Below, in pieces: positions 9,021-17,640 of a stretch of DNA of 64,000 nt. Positions within the stretch are counted from its first letter, which is position 1. Each line of letters begins with the position of its first letter. This DNA is from an uncultured Gammaproteobacteria bacterium (GTDB lineage Bacteria > Patescibacteriota > Microgenomatia > UBA8517): contig CAZRJH010000001.1 in NCBI GenBank assembly GCA_964600575.1, positions 223,683 through 287,682 of the forward strand. The letters run 5' to 3'. The notes under the pieces are model-generated. The model was given only the letters and a program-made list of their open reading frames with translations, did no database searches and was not told where the DNA came from. A program made the translations under genes and the position numbers.

Positions 9021-9269
9021 TGCGTTACTAGCAGGTTCGCGCCCTGCAAGCAGCAGTCAAAAATGACTGACGGAAGCTAACCGTAAAAACAAGCTAGAGT
9101 TTGTCGCTAAGCGGAGAACTCAAATAAAGAGGATTACCTCGAATTTGATTCCGGCCACAAAGCCGGTTTTTTTTGATTTAGGGGTAGTCGAAAAAGGGTG
9201 GTACAGTCCTACCAAGGGCCCCTTTGGGTACCGATTTTATTTTAATCGGCATCCGAAGGGGCTTTTTTT
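9021..9269 (+). promoter_or_regulatory. T-box riboswitch, Arg specifier (CGC), ultrashort Stem I, transcription attenuation type
   Basis: Stem I GCAGG-TTCGCGC-CCTGC; short Stem II CAGTCA/TGACTG; IIA/B ACGG-AAGCTAA-CCGT..AGCT; antiterminator AAAGGG-TGGTACA-GTCCT-ACCA-AGGGC-CCCTTT (9193-9225); terminator; upstream of argA/argE-like genes. Confidence 0.85.
9218..9269 (+). terminator. Intrinsic terminator (attenuator) of the Arg T-box
   Basis: GCCCCTTTGGGT..CCGATT..AATCGG..ATCCGAAGGGGC followed by T7. Confidence 0.85.
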
Positions 9270-9295
9270 GTGCCCAAATAGAGGAGGTGAGAAAT

Positions 9296-9826
9296 ATGAA
9301 TAAAGAAAACATTTATAAAACGGAAGGTGACGGAAGCAATTATCAGGTTTCTTTGATTGCGTCCGTTATATCTAAGCTAACAAAAGAATCAGGAACGATG
9401 CTCCCCAAAGAGCCGGGTGTAATTAAAGAGCTCTTGGAGCAAAGTGTTACCGTTGTCGCTTGGAGTGACGGTAGAGACCCGAAACCGATAGGTTTTGCAG
9501 CTGTTACTTTTAGCTGGGGTGGGTGGAAAGAGATTGGAGGTCTTGTTGTTGACAAAGAATATAGACAGCAAGGGCTTGGGCATTCTTTAGTGGCAGAGAT
9601 TATCAAAGCTGCACAGGAAAACTACCCAGATTCCAACTTATTTGCACTCTGTAACGAGAAGAGTCTAAAACTTTTTTTGGATAACGGTGCAAAAATAATA
9701 ACGGAACCCGACATGTTGCCCGCAGAAGTTTTTGGTGAGTGTATAAGCTGTCCAATGTTTAGCGATACAAAAGCCAAAGGAAAACTTTGTTGCGACATTC
9801 CTGTAATAATTAAGTCGGTAGTCTAA
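9296..9826 (+). CDS. argA: GNAT acetyltransferase, short ArgA-type N-acetylglutamate synthase-like
   Basis: RQQGLG acetyl-CoA motif; LPAEVFGECISCP...CCD resembles the LPxKxWxxCxxCP..CD tail of short NAGS; SD GAGGAGGTGA at 9281-9290; Arg T-box upstream. Confidence 0.7.
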   Translation: MNKENIYKTEGDGSNYQVSLIASVISKLTKESGTMLPKEPGVIKELLEQSVTVVAWSDGRDPKPIGFAAVTFSWGGWKEIGGLVVDKEYRQQGLGHSLVAEIIKAAQENYPDSNLFALCNEKSLKLFLDNGAKIITEPDMLPAEVFGECISCPMFSDTKAKGKLCCDIPVIIKSVV

Positions 9827-9833
9827 AAAACCA

Positions 9834-10934
9834 ATGGAAATACTCAAAAAGTTAATCCAGATAAATTCAGTATCCGGGCAGGAGCAGGAGATTCAGATTT
9901 ATATCAAAAATTTCCTGCATTCGCTCGGATTAATACCCATTGTTTATGGTGGTAATATTTTTGTGCAAATAAAAGGGCAGGATGGTGACAAATGCTTAAT
10001 TTTTAACGCGCACACAGATACCGTTGCCTCGGGTGAGACTGTGTCTTGGCTTAAGCATCCAACAAATGCATATGAGCATGACGGGAAAATATACGGCCTA
10101 GGCTCTTCGGACAACAAAGCTTCTGTTGCCGCACTTTTGAATTTATGCCGGTTTTTTAGCAAAGAAAAACCTGAGTGTGATTTAATATTTACTTTTACAA
10201 TTAAAGAAGAGGTCGATGGTTCCGGAACAAAGAATTTGGTTGCAAAGTTTGGTGGTTCCTGGCTTAAAAACCACAAGATTATTAGTGCAATAGTAATGGA
10301 ACCCACGGCTTCCGAATATTTTTGCACAGGTCATACTGGAAACATGTTTTTAAAAGTGACAACTAGGGGTAAATCCGGTCACGGGAGTGTGCCGATATCC
10401 ACAAATGAACACGCAGTTTTAAAAATGTACAAAGTTATAAAAAAACTTTTAAAACTTGGCGAAAAATGGGGCTTAGAATATGTGGATTTAAAAATAGGAA
10501 AACCTACTATAGCTGTGGCAACCTCGGTTAAGGCGGGGGACCTTACCTCACCCAACAAGTTTCCTGACAAGTGTGAGGCAACTTTTGATGTTAGAACTAC
10601 TCCCAAAATGCACAAAATGTCTTTTAAAATGCTATCGGAATCAATCAAAGGTCTGGGAGATTTGGAGTATGTCACCGAACCTGTGGAGGGAGCTTCAACC
10701 GACATAAATTCAAAAATCGTTCAGCTTTTTTTGAATCAGAAAATCAAAATTAAAAAATTCAAAGGATCATCGGACTTGCCGTTTTTTACAAATATAGGCA
10801 TTCCGGGAATTATTTTTGGTCCGGGAGAACCACAAACAATGCACAAACCAAACGAATATTGCAAAATCAAAAACATTAAAAAGGCGGAATCCATTTTGAA
10901 GCAGATAATTGTCCGTTTCGGGGGGTATAATTAG
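9834..10934 (+). CDS. argE: M20 family metallohydrolase (ArgE/DapE-like deacylase)
   Basis: HTDTV, YGLGSSDNK, EEVD, MEPT, GKSGHGS, MHKPNE motifs; Arg context supports argE. Confidence 0.7.
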   Translation: MEILKKLIQINSVSGQEQEIQIYIKNFLHSLGLIPIVYGGNIFVQIKGQDGDKCLIFNAHTDTVASGETVSWLKHPTNAYEHDGKIYGLGSSDNKASVAALLNLCRFFSKEKPECDLIFTFTIKEEVDGSGTKNLVAKFGGSWLKNHKIISAIVMEPTASEYFCTGHTGNMFLKVTTRGKSGHGSVPISTNEHAVLKMYKVIKKLLKLGEKWGLEYVDLKIGKPTIAVATSVKAGDLTSPNKFPDKCEATFDVRTTPKMHKMSFKMLSESIKGLGDLEYVTEPVEGASTDINSKIVQLFLNQKIKIKKFKGSSDLPFFTNIGIPGIIFGPGEPQTMHKPNEYCKIKNIKKAESILKQIIVRFGGYN

Positions 10935-10936
10935 CC

Positions 10937-11560
10937 ATGAAGATTTTCTTAGTAAGGCACGGCGAAACTACGGGCAATGTACAAGATTTCTATCAGACCG
11001 CAGAAACGCCGTTAACCAAAAAGGGGATTGCGCAGGCAAATTTAGTGGCAAAAAGGTTTGTTGGAGTACCAATTGATCTTATTTATTCAAGTTCCCATAT
11101 TCGCGCTATGAATACTGCTCAAATCATTTCTGATGCAATCGGCGTAAGAGTGGAAATGTCTCAAGACCTTATAGAAATCACCAGGCCTAAAGAGGTTAGA
11201 GGGAGAGCAGGTAACGACCCAGTGGCAGAAAAAATAATGTCTCAGGTTAAAAATAACTTTGGCGATAAGTCTTGGAAATATTCGGACGAAGAAAATTTTT
11301 TCGACTTAAACGATAGGGCTGACCGTATTCTTGGCCATCTAGAAAAATTTCATCAAAAGGAAGCAGTAATCTGCGTGTCCCATGGGACTTTTATAAGGTT
11401 TATTGTTTCCAAAGCCATTTTTGGCCAAGGACTTACGCCGGAAATTTTTACTAAAATGAGGTACGGCCTCGGGTCAAATAACACGGGTGTAACCATATTG
11501 GAGAAAAACAAATACGGAGAACTAAAGCTTGAAGCCTGGAACGACACGAGCCATCTTTAA
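10937..11560 (+). CDS. Histidine phosphatase (phosphoglycerate mutase-like) family protein
   Basis: LVRHGET, VSHG, NTG and WNDTSHL motifs. Confidence 0.9.
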   Translation: MKIFLVRHGETTGNVQDFYQTAETPLTKKGIAQANLVAKRFVGVPIDLIYSSSHIRAMNTAQIISDAIGVRVEMSQDLIEITRPKEVRGRAGNDPVAEKIMSQVKNNFGDKSWKYSDEENFFDLNDRADRILGHLEKFHQKEAVICVSHGTFIRFIVSKAIFGQGLTPEIFTKMRYGLGSNNTGVTILEKNKYGELKLEAWNDTSHL

Positions 11561-11568
11561 GACAAGCA

Positions 11569-11707
11569 AACCTTGCCTCTCGCCAAGCCTCGTGGTAAGC
11601 CAACTTGCGGCTTCGCCCAAAGCAACCTTGCCTCTCGCCAAGCCTCGTGGTAAGCCAACTTGCGGCTTCGCCCAAAGCAACCTTGCCTCTCGCCAAGCCT
11701 CGTGGTA
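11569..11707. repeat. 55-bp tandem repeat (~2.5 copies): 29-bp unit x3 separated by an identical 26-bp unit x2
   Basis: AACCTTGCCTCTCGCCAAGCCTCGTGGTA at 11569, 11624 and 11679; AGCCAACTTGCGGCTTCGCCCAAAGC at 11598 and 11653. Confidence 0.97.
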
Positions 11708-11711
11708 GAAT
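11683..11711 (+). promoter_or_regulatory. rpmF promoter (leaderless arrangement)
   Basis: TTGCCT, 17 bp ending in TGG, TAGAAT; ATG 7 nt later. Confidence 0.65.
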
Positions 11712-11718
11712 TAAGCCT

Positions 11719-11877
11719 ATGGTACCGCTTCCAAAGAGAAAACATACAAGATCACGTTCTAACATAAGACGCGCAGGTCAACCCAAGCTTAAACTTGGGA
11801 ACCTAACAAAGTGCAGTAACTGCGGCAAGCTTAGAGAATCTCACAGGGCCTGTCCTTACTGCGGTTTCTACAAATAA
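11719..11877 (+). CDS. rpmF: 50S ribosomal protein L32
   Basis: MVPLPKRKHTRSRS...CSNCG...HRACPYCGFY zinc-ribbon pattern. Confidence 0.95.
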   Translation: MVPLPKRKHTRSRSNIRRAGQPKLKLGNLTKCSNCGKLRESHRACPYCGFYK

Positions 11878-11942
11878 ATTTTACAAATTTAGGTGCTTTT
11901 TCTTCTTGCCACATACACATAGTCTATTTATACTAACTTGAT

Positions 11943-12305
11943 ATGAAAACTTCGACCGATCCGAGGCACATAAGAAGGCGGGAGACCGTGAAAGCACTTT
12001 TTGCAGATACATTTGTGGCTCAGCCCGAATACTCGGAAATGGCCAAAAAAATAATTGAGGCCAAAGACGTGTTGGACTCAAAAATTCAAAAGGCGGCGCC
12101 CGCATGGCCGATTGATAAACTAAATAGAATTGATTTGGCAGTGCTCAGGCTGGCCGTATATGAGCTGGAAAACGAAGACACACCGCCAAAAGTAGTCATA
12201 GACGAAGCAGTCGAGCTTGCAAAAGAATTTGGCAGCGAGTCGTCTTCCTCTTTTGTAAACGGAGTTTTGGGCACAATTTACCAAGAAAAAGAAAAGTCAG
12301 AATAA
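11943..12305 (+). CDS. nusB: Transcription antitermination factor NusB
   Basis: [34 protein letters not shown]. Confidence 0.95.
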   Translation: MKTSTDPRHIRRRETVKALFADTFVAQPEYSEMAKKIIEAKDVLDSKIQKAAPAWPIDKLNRIDLAVLRLAVYELENEDTPPKVVIDEAVELAKEFGSESSSSFVNGVLGTIYQEKEKSE

Positions 12306-12306
12306 A

Positions 12307-12549
12307 ATGGATACCGAAATTGCAAAAATCAAAGAAAAAATAAGAAAAGAGCTTGCCGATTACTTGGGAACCGATCCCGAAGATATAGACGACGAGTCCG
12401 TTTTAACGGAAGATCTTCATATGCAACCAACCGACTTAACCGATTTTGCCGAGATTCTTTCCTCTGCTGGTTACGACATTTCTAAGTTGGACTTCACCGA
12501 AATTGAAACTTTTTCAGAGCTTGTGGATGCAGTTATGGCAAGAGAGTGA
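12307..12549 (+). CDS. Acyl carrier protein-like, lacking the DSL serine
   Basis: Acidic 80-aa protein with ACP pattern (LADYLG..PEDI...L.EDL...ET..ELVD) in the acpP position before rnc. Confidence 0.7.
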   Translation: MDTEIAKIKEKIRKELADYLGTDPEDIDDESVLTEDLHMQPTDLTDFAEILSSAGYDISKLDFTEIETFSELVDAVMARE

Positions 12550-12550
12550 T

Positions 12551-13225
12551 ATGACAGACGTTAAAAAGTTAAAAGAAAGCTTCAAAAACAAAGATTTGTT
12601 CGATCTTGCCCTTACTCATAGGTCGTGGGTTAACGAACATAAAGGAAAAAGAACCCACAACGAGCGGTTAGAGTTTTTGGGAGATGCCGTCTTGGAATTT
12701 GTTGTCTCCAAAGAAATCTATTCCGCCTTTCCCGACAAAGAAGAGGGATATCTTACAGCTTTGCGCGCAAACCTGGTAAACACTGTTTCTTTGTCCGAAA
12801 TAGCCAAAACTCTTAATCTTGGAGAGCTTCTTTTCTTGTCAAAAGGGGAAGAAGAAAGCGGCGGAAGAACAAACCCTTCGCTTTTGGCGGATACAGTTGA
12901 GGCAATAATAGGAGCAATATTTTTGGATTCAGGGGTAGATACGGCAGAAGAGTTCATAAGAGAGAACTTGCTTTTGGATTTGGAAAAGCGGGCAAAATCG
13001 CCGCTTAAAGACCCTAAATCTGTACTCCAGGAGTTTGTACAAGCACAAAGCTTAGCGGCACCCAAGTATGTGGTTTCCAAAGAAACAGGCCCGGATCACA
13101 ACAAGATTTTTGTAATGGAAGTCTGGGTAGACGGTAAAGTTTGGGGGGTGGGAGAAGGCAAGAGCAAAAGCTTGGCCGAGCAGGAAGCAGCCTCAAAAGC
13201 CATATCCGCCAACATTAAATCTTAG
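12551..13225 (+). CDS. rnc: Ribonuclease III
   Basis: ALTHRS, NERLEFLGDAVL signature, dsRBD DPKSVLQE. Start set at ATG 12551. Confidence 0.97.
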   Translation: MTDVKKLKESFKNKDLFDLALTHRSWVNEHKGKRTHNERLEFLGDAVLEFVVSKEIYSAFPDKEEGYLTALRANLVNTVSLSEIAKTLNLGELLFLSKGEEESGGRTNPSLLADTVEAIIGAIFLDSGVDTAEEFIRENLLLDLEKRAKSPLKDPKSVLQEFVQAQSLAAPKYVVSKETGPDHNKIFVMEVWVDGKVWGVGEGKSKSLAEQEAASKAISANIKS

Positions 13226-13267
13226 CTACTGGCAGACACCTCAAAAATATAGTAAAATACGCACAAT

Positions 13268-13486
13268 ATGATAGCAATTCGCTTGGCAAGGCTTGGCCGC
13301 AAAAAAGGACCTTTTTACAGGGTTGTTGTCATTGATTCAAGAAAAAAGGTTAACGGTGAGTTTTTAGAGATACTCGGTTTTTGGAATCCGGCAAAAAACA
13401 CCAAAAAGATAGACTCCGAAAAAGTTCAAGGTTGGGTTGCAAAAGGAGCCCAAATCAGCGCAACTGTTAAAAAGCTTTTAGAATAA
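13268..13486 (+). CDS. rpsP: 30S ribosomal protein S16
   Basis: IRLARLGRKKGPFYRVVV.DSR. Confidence 0.97.
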   Translation: MIAIRLARLGRKKGPFYRVVVIDSRKKVNGEFLEILGFWNPAKNTKKIDSEKVQGWVAKGAQISATVKKLLE

Positions 13487-13487
13487 T

Positions 13488-13715
13488 ATGATAGATTTAC
13501 TAAACTTCATGCTAAAGGGTCTCTTGGGAGAAGAGGAATTTTCCGTTACCGAATCCGAAGCAGAAGGTAGAACTCTTTACTCCATAAAGACCAAACCCGA
13601 AAACATTGGACTGGTAATTGGAAAGGGTGGCAGAACAATTCATTCATTGAGGAATCTTCTTAAGGTTAGAGCAACCCTCGAGAAAAAAGCCGTCGGCCTA
13701 GAGATTACAGAGTAA
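13488..13715 (+). CDS. khpA: KH-domain RNA-binding protein KhpA
   Basis: GLVIGKGGRTI motif; directly after rpsP. Confidence 0.9.
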   Translation: MIDLLNFMLKGLLGEEEFSVTESEAEGRTLYSIKTKPENIGLVIGKGGRTIHSLRNLLKVRATLEKKAVGLEITE

Positions 13716-13769
13716 CAACTAAAGGTCATTCTCCTCGCAAATCCGATATCTTAATTCAAAAAATTTTTG

Positions 13770-14444
13770 TTATGGTAAAAACGGATCTTCTTTGCCTGCG
13801 GTATCAGTAGCAGTTATGGTGGAGAAATCAGGCATTTCTAAATTATTTATCATTTCCAAAAGGGTAGACTCTGCGCTCGTAAGTTCTGCAACTTTTTCCG
13901 TAAGGGCCGGGAGCTTGGTAGGAAGCGCCGACCAATAAGATTTAACGCTAATTGTAGACCTAGCAGTTCCGCCGGTTTCGTTTAATTTTATTTTATCGAC
14001 AACGGTTATAGGAGCAAGAGTTTGTATGTCAAGTATTGTTTGAATCACCTGACCTCTTCCCCCTGTAATGTCGAAAGTTATATCAACTCTTTGCAAACCA
14101 GAAGAATCGGCAACCTCGGCCCCGCTTTTAATATTTCCTATTGTAACCCCGTTTTCTGTTCCCAAACTCCTAAGTTGTGACAATAGCACAACGGACGGGT
14201 TTGCTTCGGGAAAAGCAATTGTCGCGTTTTGTGCCCCCAATACAATGTTTTCCGGAACTCGTTGTAATGTTGATAATTTCTGATTTAAAGCAGTTTGGTC
14301 GGTTTGAGCTTTTTTAATGTTTGTCCTAAGTCCGGAAATCTTACCGTAACCAAAAGACCAAACAAAATAAGTTAACATTATTACACCTACCAAAGGGCCA
14401 AAAGCCATTAGTTGCATTTTTGTACCTTCGTTTAAACCTTTCAT
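13770..14444 (-). CDS. pilO: Type IV pilus assembly protein PilO-like
   Basis: N-terminal TM plus coiled coil, C-terminal DPF, third gene after pilM and pilN. Confidence 0.75.
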   Translation of the reverse strand: MKGLNEGTKMQLMAFGPLVGVIMLTYFVWSFGYGKISGLRTNIKKAQTDQTALNQKLSTLQRVPENIVLGAQNATIAFPEANPSVVLLSQLRSLGTENGVTIGNIKSGAEVADSSGLQRVDITFDITGGRGQVIQTILDIQTLAPITVVDKIKLNETGGTARSTISVKSYWSALPTKLPALTEKVAELTSAESTLLEMINNLEMPDFSTITATDTAGKEDPFLP

Positions 14445-14453
14445 TTTAATAAT

Positions 14454-14981
14454 CTACAATAAGTGAACTGTTACAAGATAACCGCTAGACGGGTTATAAC
14501 CAAACGACGACAAGATTGAAGATTTATAAACTTTATTCTCAGAAATACTTCTTAGGAAATTTGTTAAATCTTCGTTATTTCTAAAAAGAATGGAAACATC
14601 CGTTTTCTGTGTATCTACTTCAAGTTCTGTTAAAGAGGAGTTGCCCACAAGTTCGCTTATAAACGGATCTATTTTTATCATATTTTTGGTGGAGTCCGGA
14701 AGATTCTTGACAGTTTGTATCTTTGCTAATCTATCTTTAAGTAAAACTAACTGCTGCTCGCTGCTTTCTTGTGCTGTAATTTGACCCTTAAGTTTGGTGT
14801 TGGCTGCATTAAGGTCTTGAAACTGTAGGCTGCTAATTACAAAAAATACGCCCAAGCCAAAACCAACTACTAAAAATATACCCAAGAAAATTACATTAAG
14901 CATTCTAGCCAATTTCATTAACTGAGCAATTGGACCACTAATGGTTGCTTCCGGAGGCAGTAAATTTATTTTAATAGCCAT
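14454..14981 (-). CDS. pilN: Type IV pilus assembly protein PilN-like
   Basis: INLLP motif, TM helix, coiled coil. Confidence 0.85.
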   Translation of the reverse strand: MAIKINLLPPEATISGPIAQLMKLARMLNVIFLGIFLVVGFGLGVFFVISSLQFQDLNAANTKLKGQITAQESSEQQLVLLKDRLAKIQTVKNLPDSTKNMIKIDPFISELVGNSSLTELEVDTQKTDVSILFRNNEDLTNFLRSISENKVYKSSILSSFGYNPSSGYLVTVHLL

Positions 14982-14985
14982 ATTG

Positions 14986-15996
14986 TTATTCCCTCATGGC
15001 CAAACCTGACGCTACAGAATACAGAGGTGCATAAGGGGCCAGTCTTTGAGATGTCTCGGCATCAACCGAAATTTTGGAAAAAGGATTTGCGACTAATACT
15101 TCGAGGCCCATTAAGCTACTTAACGACGAAATCATTTGCGGCATTCCACTGCTTCCACCCGATAAAATAACTGCGGTGGGTGCGTCTCCCTTTTCCTCAG
15201 TTTGATAAAAATTAATTGCTTTTTTGACTTCATCAACAACCATCCTAAGGACCGGTTCGAGTGCAACCTTGATTTTTCCTTCCAATTGTTTAACTTCTAA
15301 CCCGTAAGTTTTTTTGTATTCCTCTGCCTGGACAGGGGATATTCCAAGTCCTTGAGAAACTGCTCTTGTAAAAGCTTCTCCCGCGATAGGAATTGATCTG
15401 GAGAAAGATAAAAGTCCATTTTTGGCTATAGCTATATCAGTTGAATTTGCTCCTAAGTCCAAAAGTAGAACTGTTTTATCTACAGGTGCAAGTGATCTGG
15501 TTAGGGCAATCAGTTCGGTCTCAACCGCCATTGTGTTAAGGCCAGCAGCGGAAACGACTTTCATATATTTATCAATAACGACTCTGGGGGCTGCAACCAG
15601 AAGCACAATGACTTCCGGTGGAGTTGATGTCTCATTGCGAGATAAAATACTGTGCTGAATAATAGCCTCGTTTACTGGAATAGGTATATATTGTTCCGAT
15701 TCCCATTTAACAGCGCTGGCAATTTCTGCGTCAGTTAATAACGGAAATTTTATTGTTCTGGTAAAAACAAGCTGCTCTGGCAGAGCTATGACAACCTCTT
15801 TTGATGAGACTCCGGCTTCGCTGTGAAGCTTTTTAACAACTTCGCCCAAATTAGCAAATTCTTTGTCGTCGGCCATCTTTTCCACAGACTGCCCTGCATA
15901 CCCGACAATACCCGAAGCTGCCAAGGTAAAGGCCTCTCCTTCTTTTTGAAGTTCAACTATTTTTATTGTCTTTGATCCTATATCTATTCCTACCAT
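14986..15996 (-). CDS. pilM: Type IV pilus assembly protein PilM
   Basis: GIDIGSKTIK, EQYIP, LDLGA, LSGG, ANPF, GLAMR actin-fold motifs. Confidence 0.95.
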   Translation of the reverse strand: MVGIDIGSKTIKIVELQKEGEAFTLAASGIVGYAGQSVEKMADDKEFANLGEVVKKLHSEAGVSSKEVVIALPEQLVFTRTIKFPLLTDAEIASAVKWESEQYIPIPVNEAIIQHSILSRNETSTPPEVIVLLVAAPRVVIDKYMKVVSAAGLNTMAVETELIALTRSLAPVDKTVLLLDLGANSTDIAIAKNGLLSFSRSIPIAGEAFTRAVSQGLGISPVQAEEYKKTYGLEVKQLEGKIKVALEPVLRMVVDEVKKAINFYQTEEKGDAPTAVILSGGSSGMPQMISSLSSLMGLEVLVANPFSKISVDAETSQRLAPYAPLYSVASGLAMRE

Positions 15997-16096
15997 ATGT
16001 ATTTACCCGGCCAACCATACGGCTAGAAGGGCAGTTAATAAATACTAACAATTTTTTACAACCGTGTCACAAGTAATTTAGATTTTACTAAATAAA

Positions 16097-16996
16097 TTAT
16101 TTACTAACACCAGACGGGCTATAAATCGCAAACTCGAAATCACTGGGTATTTCTGACCAACTCTGGAATACGTTCAATCTTCTTTGGCTTTGTCCCGCAA
16201 CACCACTAGAATCAACAGCCAGGCCCTGTGTTGGCAATAATGCACCGCCCGCATAGGCCACATTAAAACCGACATTATGATTTTGATCTGTGTTGTAAAA
16301 CATTCTGACTCTGGCATAATTAAGCCCTCCTTGGGTGTTGTATATACCCGCAGCTATTCCTAAAGTCGACAAATCTATGGTCTTTTGGAACGCAAAGACT
16401 TCACCGTTTATGGTGCAAGTTCCGGGATCTGGGCTAGAGAAGTTGTTTGTGGCAATTCTAGATAAATTAGGATCAAAAGCGGCTCTAGCAATTGTAGCGG
16501 TTGCAGGATTTCCGGGTGTAGTCTCGTAAACCACAGTAACCTCAACTGCGGGAGTGGATGCTAGCACCGAACTGGTACCGCTTTTACCCCAACACACCTG
16601 AAGATATCTTCCTGTGAAACAAGGGTGTTGGGCGTCGCAGACTACTGAGCCGGAACTATCGTGATCCATAAACCAAATAGTTGATGTTTCACCCGGAGAA
16701 AGATTAACGGGATAAACCAACGACTGTTGGCCTGAGGCAAAGTTTGTAACAGTGCTTGTAAAGTTAGCATTGCCGATCTGGCTTGTGCCACCAGTACCCA
16801 ATATTAAAGCCTGTTCGACTCCTGCTTCTGCTGCAGAAAACGCCCGGATTGCGTCTTCTGATCTAGAAGAAACGGCGACATCGGTTACACTCCTTGCCAA
16901 GACGAAAAGAACCAAAGTAAGAACTACGGCTAACGACAGTAGAACCAAAACCAAGGCTTGGCCGCTGCTATTTTTATTATCCTCAAAAAAACCCAT
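16097..16996 (-). CDS. PilX-like minor pilin
   Basis: SG|QALVLVLL leader and AFSAAEAGVE motif. Confidence 0.8.
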   Translation of the reverse strand: MGFFEDNKNSSGQALVLVLLSLAVVLTLVLFVLARSVTDVAVSSRSEDAIRAFSAAEAGVEQALILGTGGTSQIGNANFTSTVTNFASGQQSLVYPVNLSPGETSTIWFMDHDSSGSVVCDAQHPCFTGRYLQVCWGKSGTSSVLASTPAVEVTVVYETTPGNPATATIARAAFDPNLSRIATNNFSSPDPGTCTINGEVFAFQKTIDLSTLGIAAGIYNTQGGLNYARVRMFYNTDQNHNVGFNVAYAGGALLPTQGLAVDSSGVAGQSQRRLNVFQSWSEIPSDFEFAIYSPSGVSK

Positions 16997-17016
16997 TAAC
17001 TAATTAAACATCAAAG

Positions 17017-17640
17017 TTAGAACAACTTCAACATAAATTTCAAAATAAGAAATATTGTCTTAATTGCTATTTCCAAATCCAGGAAAAAATTGGCCTTTTC
17101 CAAATACTCACCGTCGAGTTTCATCCATTTTTGAAAGGACATGTCGTGAGATCCATTTGTTACCCATTCACTTGTAATACCGGGTTTGGCAATATGTCTT
17201 TTAAAATCGGTTTGGCTTAGTCTATCGGCTTCGTTCAGCGGCAATGGCCTGGGGCCGACAATGCTCATCTCTCCTTTTAAAACATTTATCAACTGAGGCA
17301 ATTCATCTAGGCCTATTTTGGATAATATTTTTCCTACCCCTGTAAACCTCGGGTCGTCGGTGATTTTAAATACAGGGCCGCCCACTTCGTTTAACTTTTT
17401 TAAGGACTTTTTTCTTGATTCCGCTTCCATAATCATAGACCTAAATTTATATATTAAAAAAGTTTTACCTTTGTAACCGGTTCTTTTTTGTTTAAAAATA
17501 ATGGGAGGTCCCTGAGAGAAAAATAAAACCAAGCATATTACCGCAAAAACAGGGATGGCAAACAATAGGCCAAAAAATGCCACTACTAGATCAAAAATTC
17601 TTTTACTGGGTGACTCTAGATAAACGGAATATTTGTTCAT
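17017..17640 (-). CDS. Phosphoglycosyl (initiating sugar) transferase
   Basis: KRIFDL, YKFRSM, DDPR, LDELPQL.NVLKGEMS.VGPRP. Confidence 0.95.
   Translation of the reverse strand: MNKYSVYLESPSKRIFDLVVAFFGLLFAIPVFAVICLVLFFSQGPPIIFKQKRTGYKGKTFLIYKFRSMIMEAESRKKSLKKLNEVGGPVFKITDDPRFTGVGKILSKIGLDELPQLINVLKGEMSIVGPRPLPLNEADRLSQTDFKRHIAKPGITSEWVTNGSHDMSFQKWMKLDGEYLEKANFFLDLEIAIKTIFLILKFMLKLF

Noticed and set aside
9224-9295. N-terminal extension of the GNAT ORF
   Set aside because: It lies within the terminator; the SD at 9281-9290 points to ATG 9296.
11569-11707. CRISPR mini-array (29-bp repeats, 26-bp spacers)
   Set aside because: Both spacers are identical, the repeat is the rpmF promoter sequence, and there are no cas genes in the window.
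11451-11765. ORFs of 62-104 aa across the tandem repeat and an extended L32 N-terminus
   Set aside because: By-products of the GC-rich repeat; L32 homology begins at ATG 11719.
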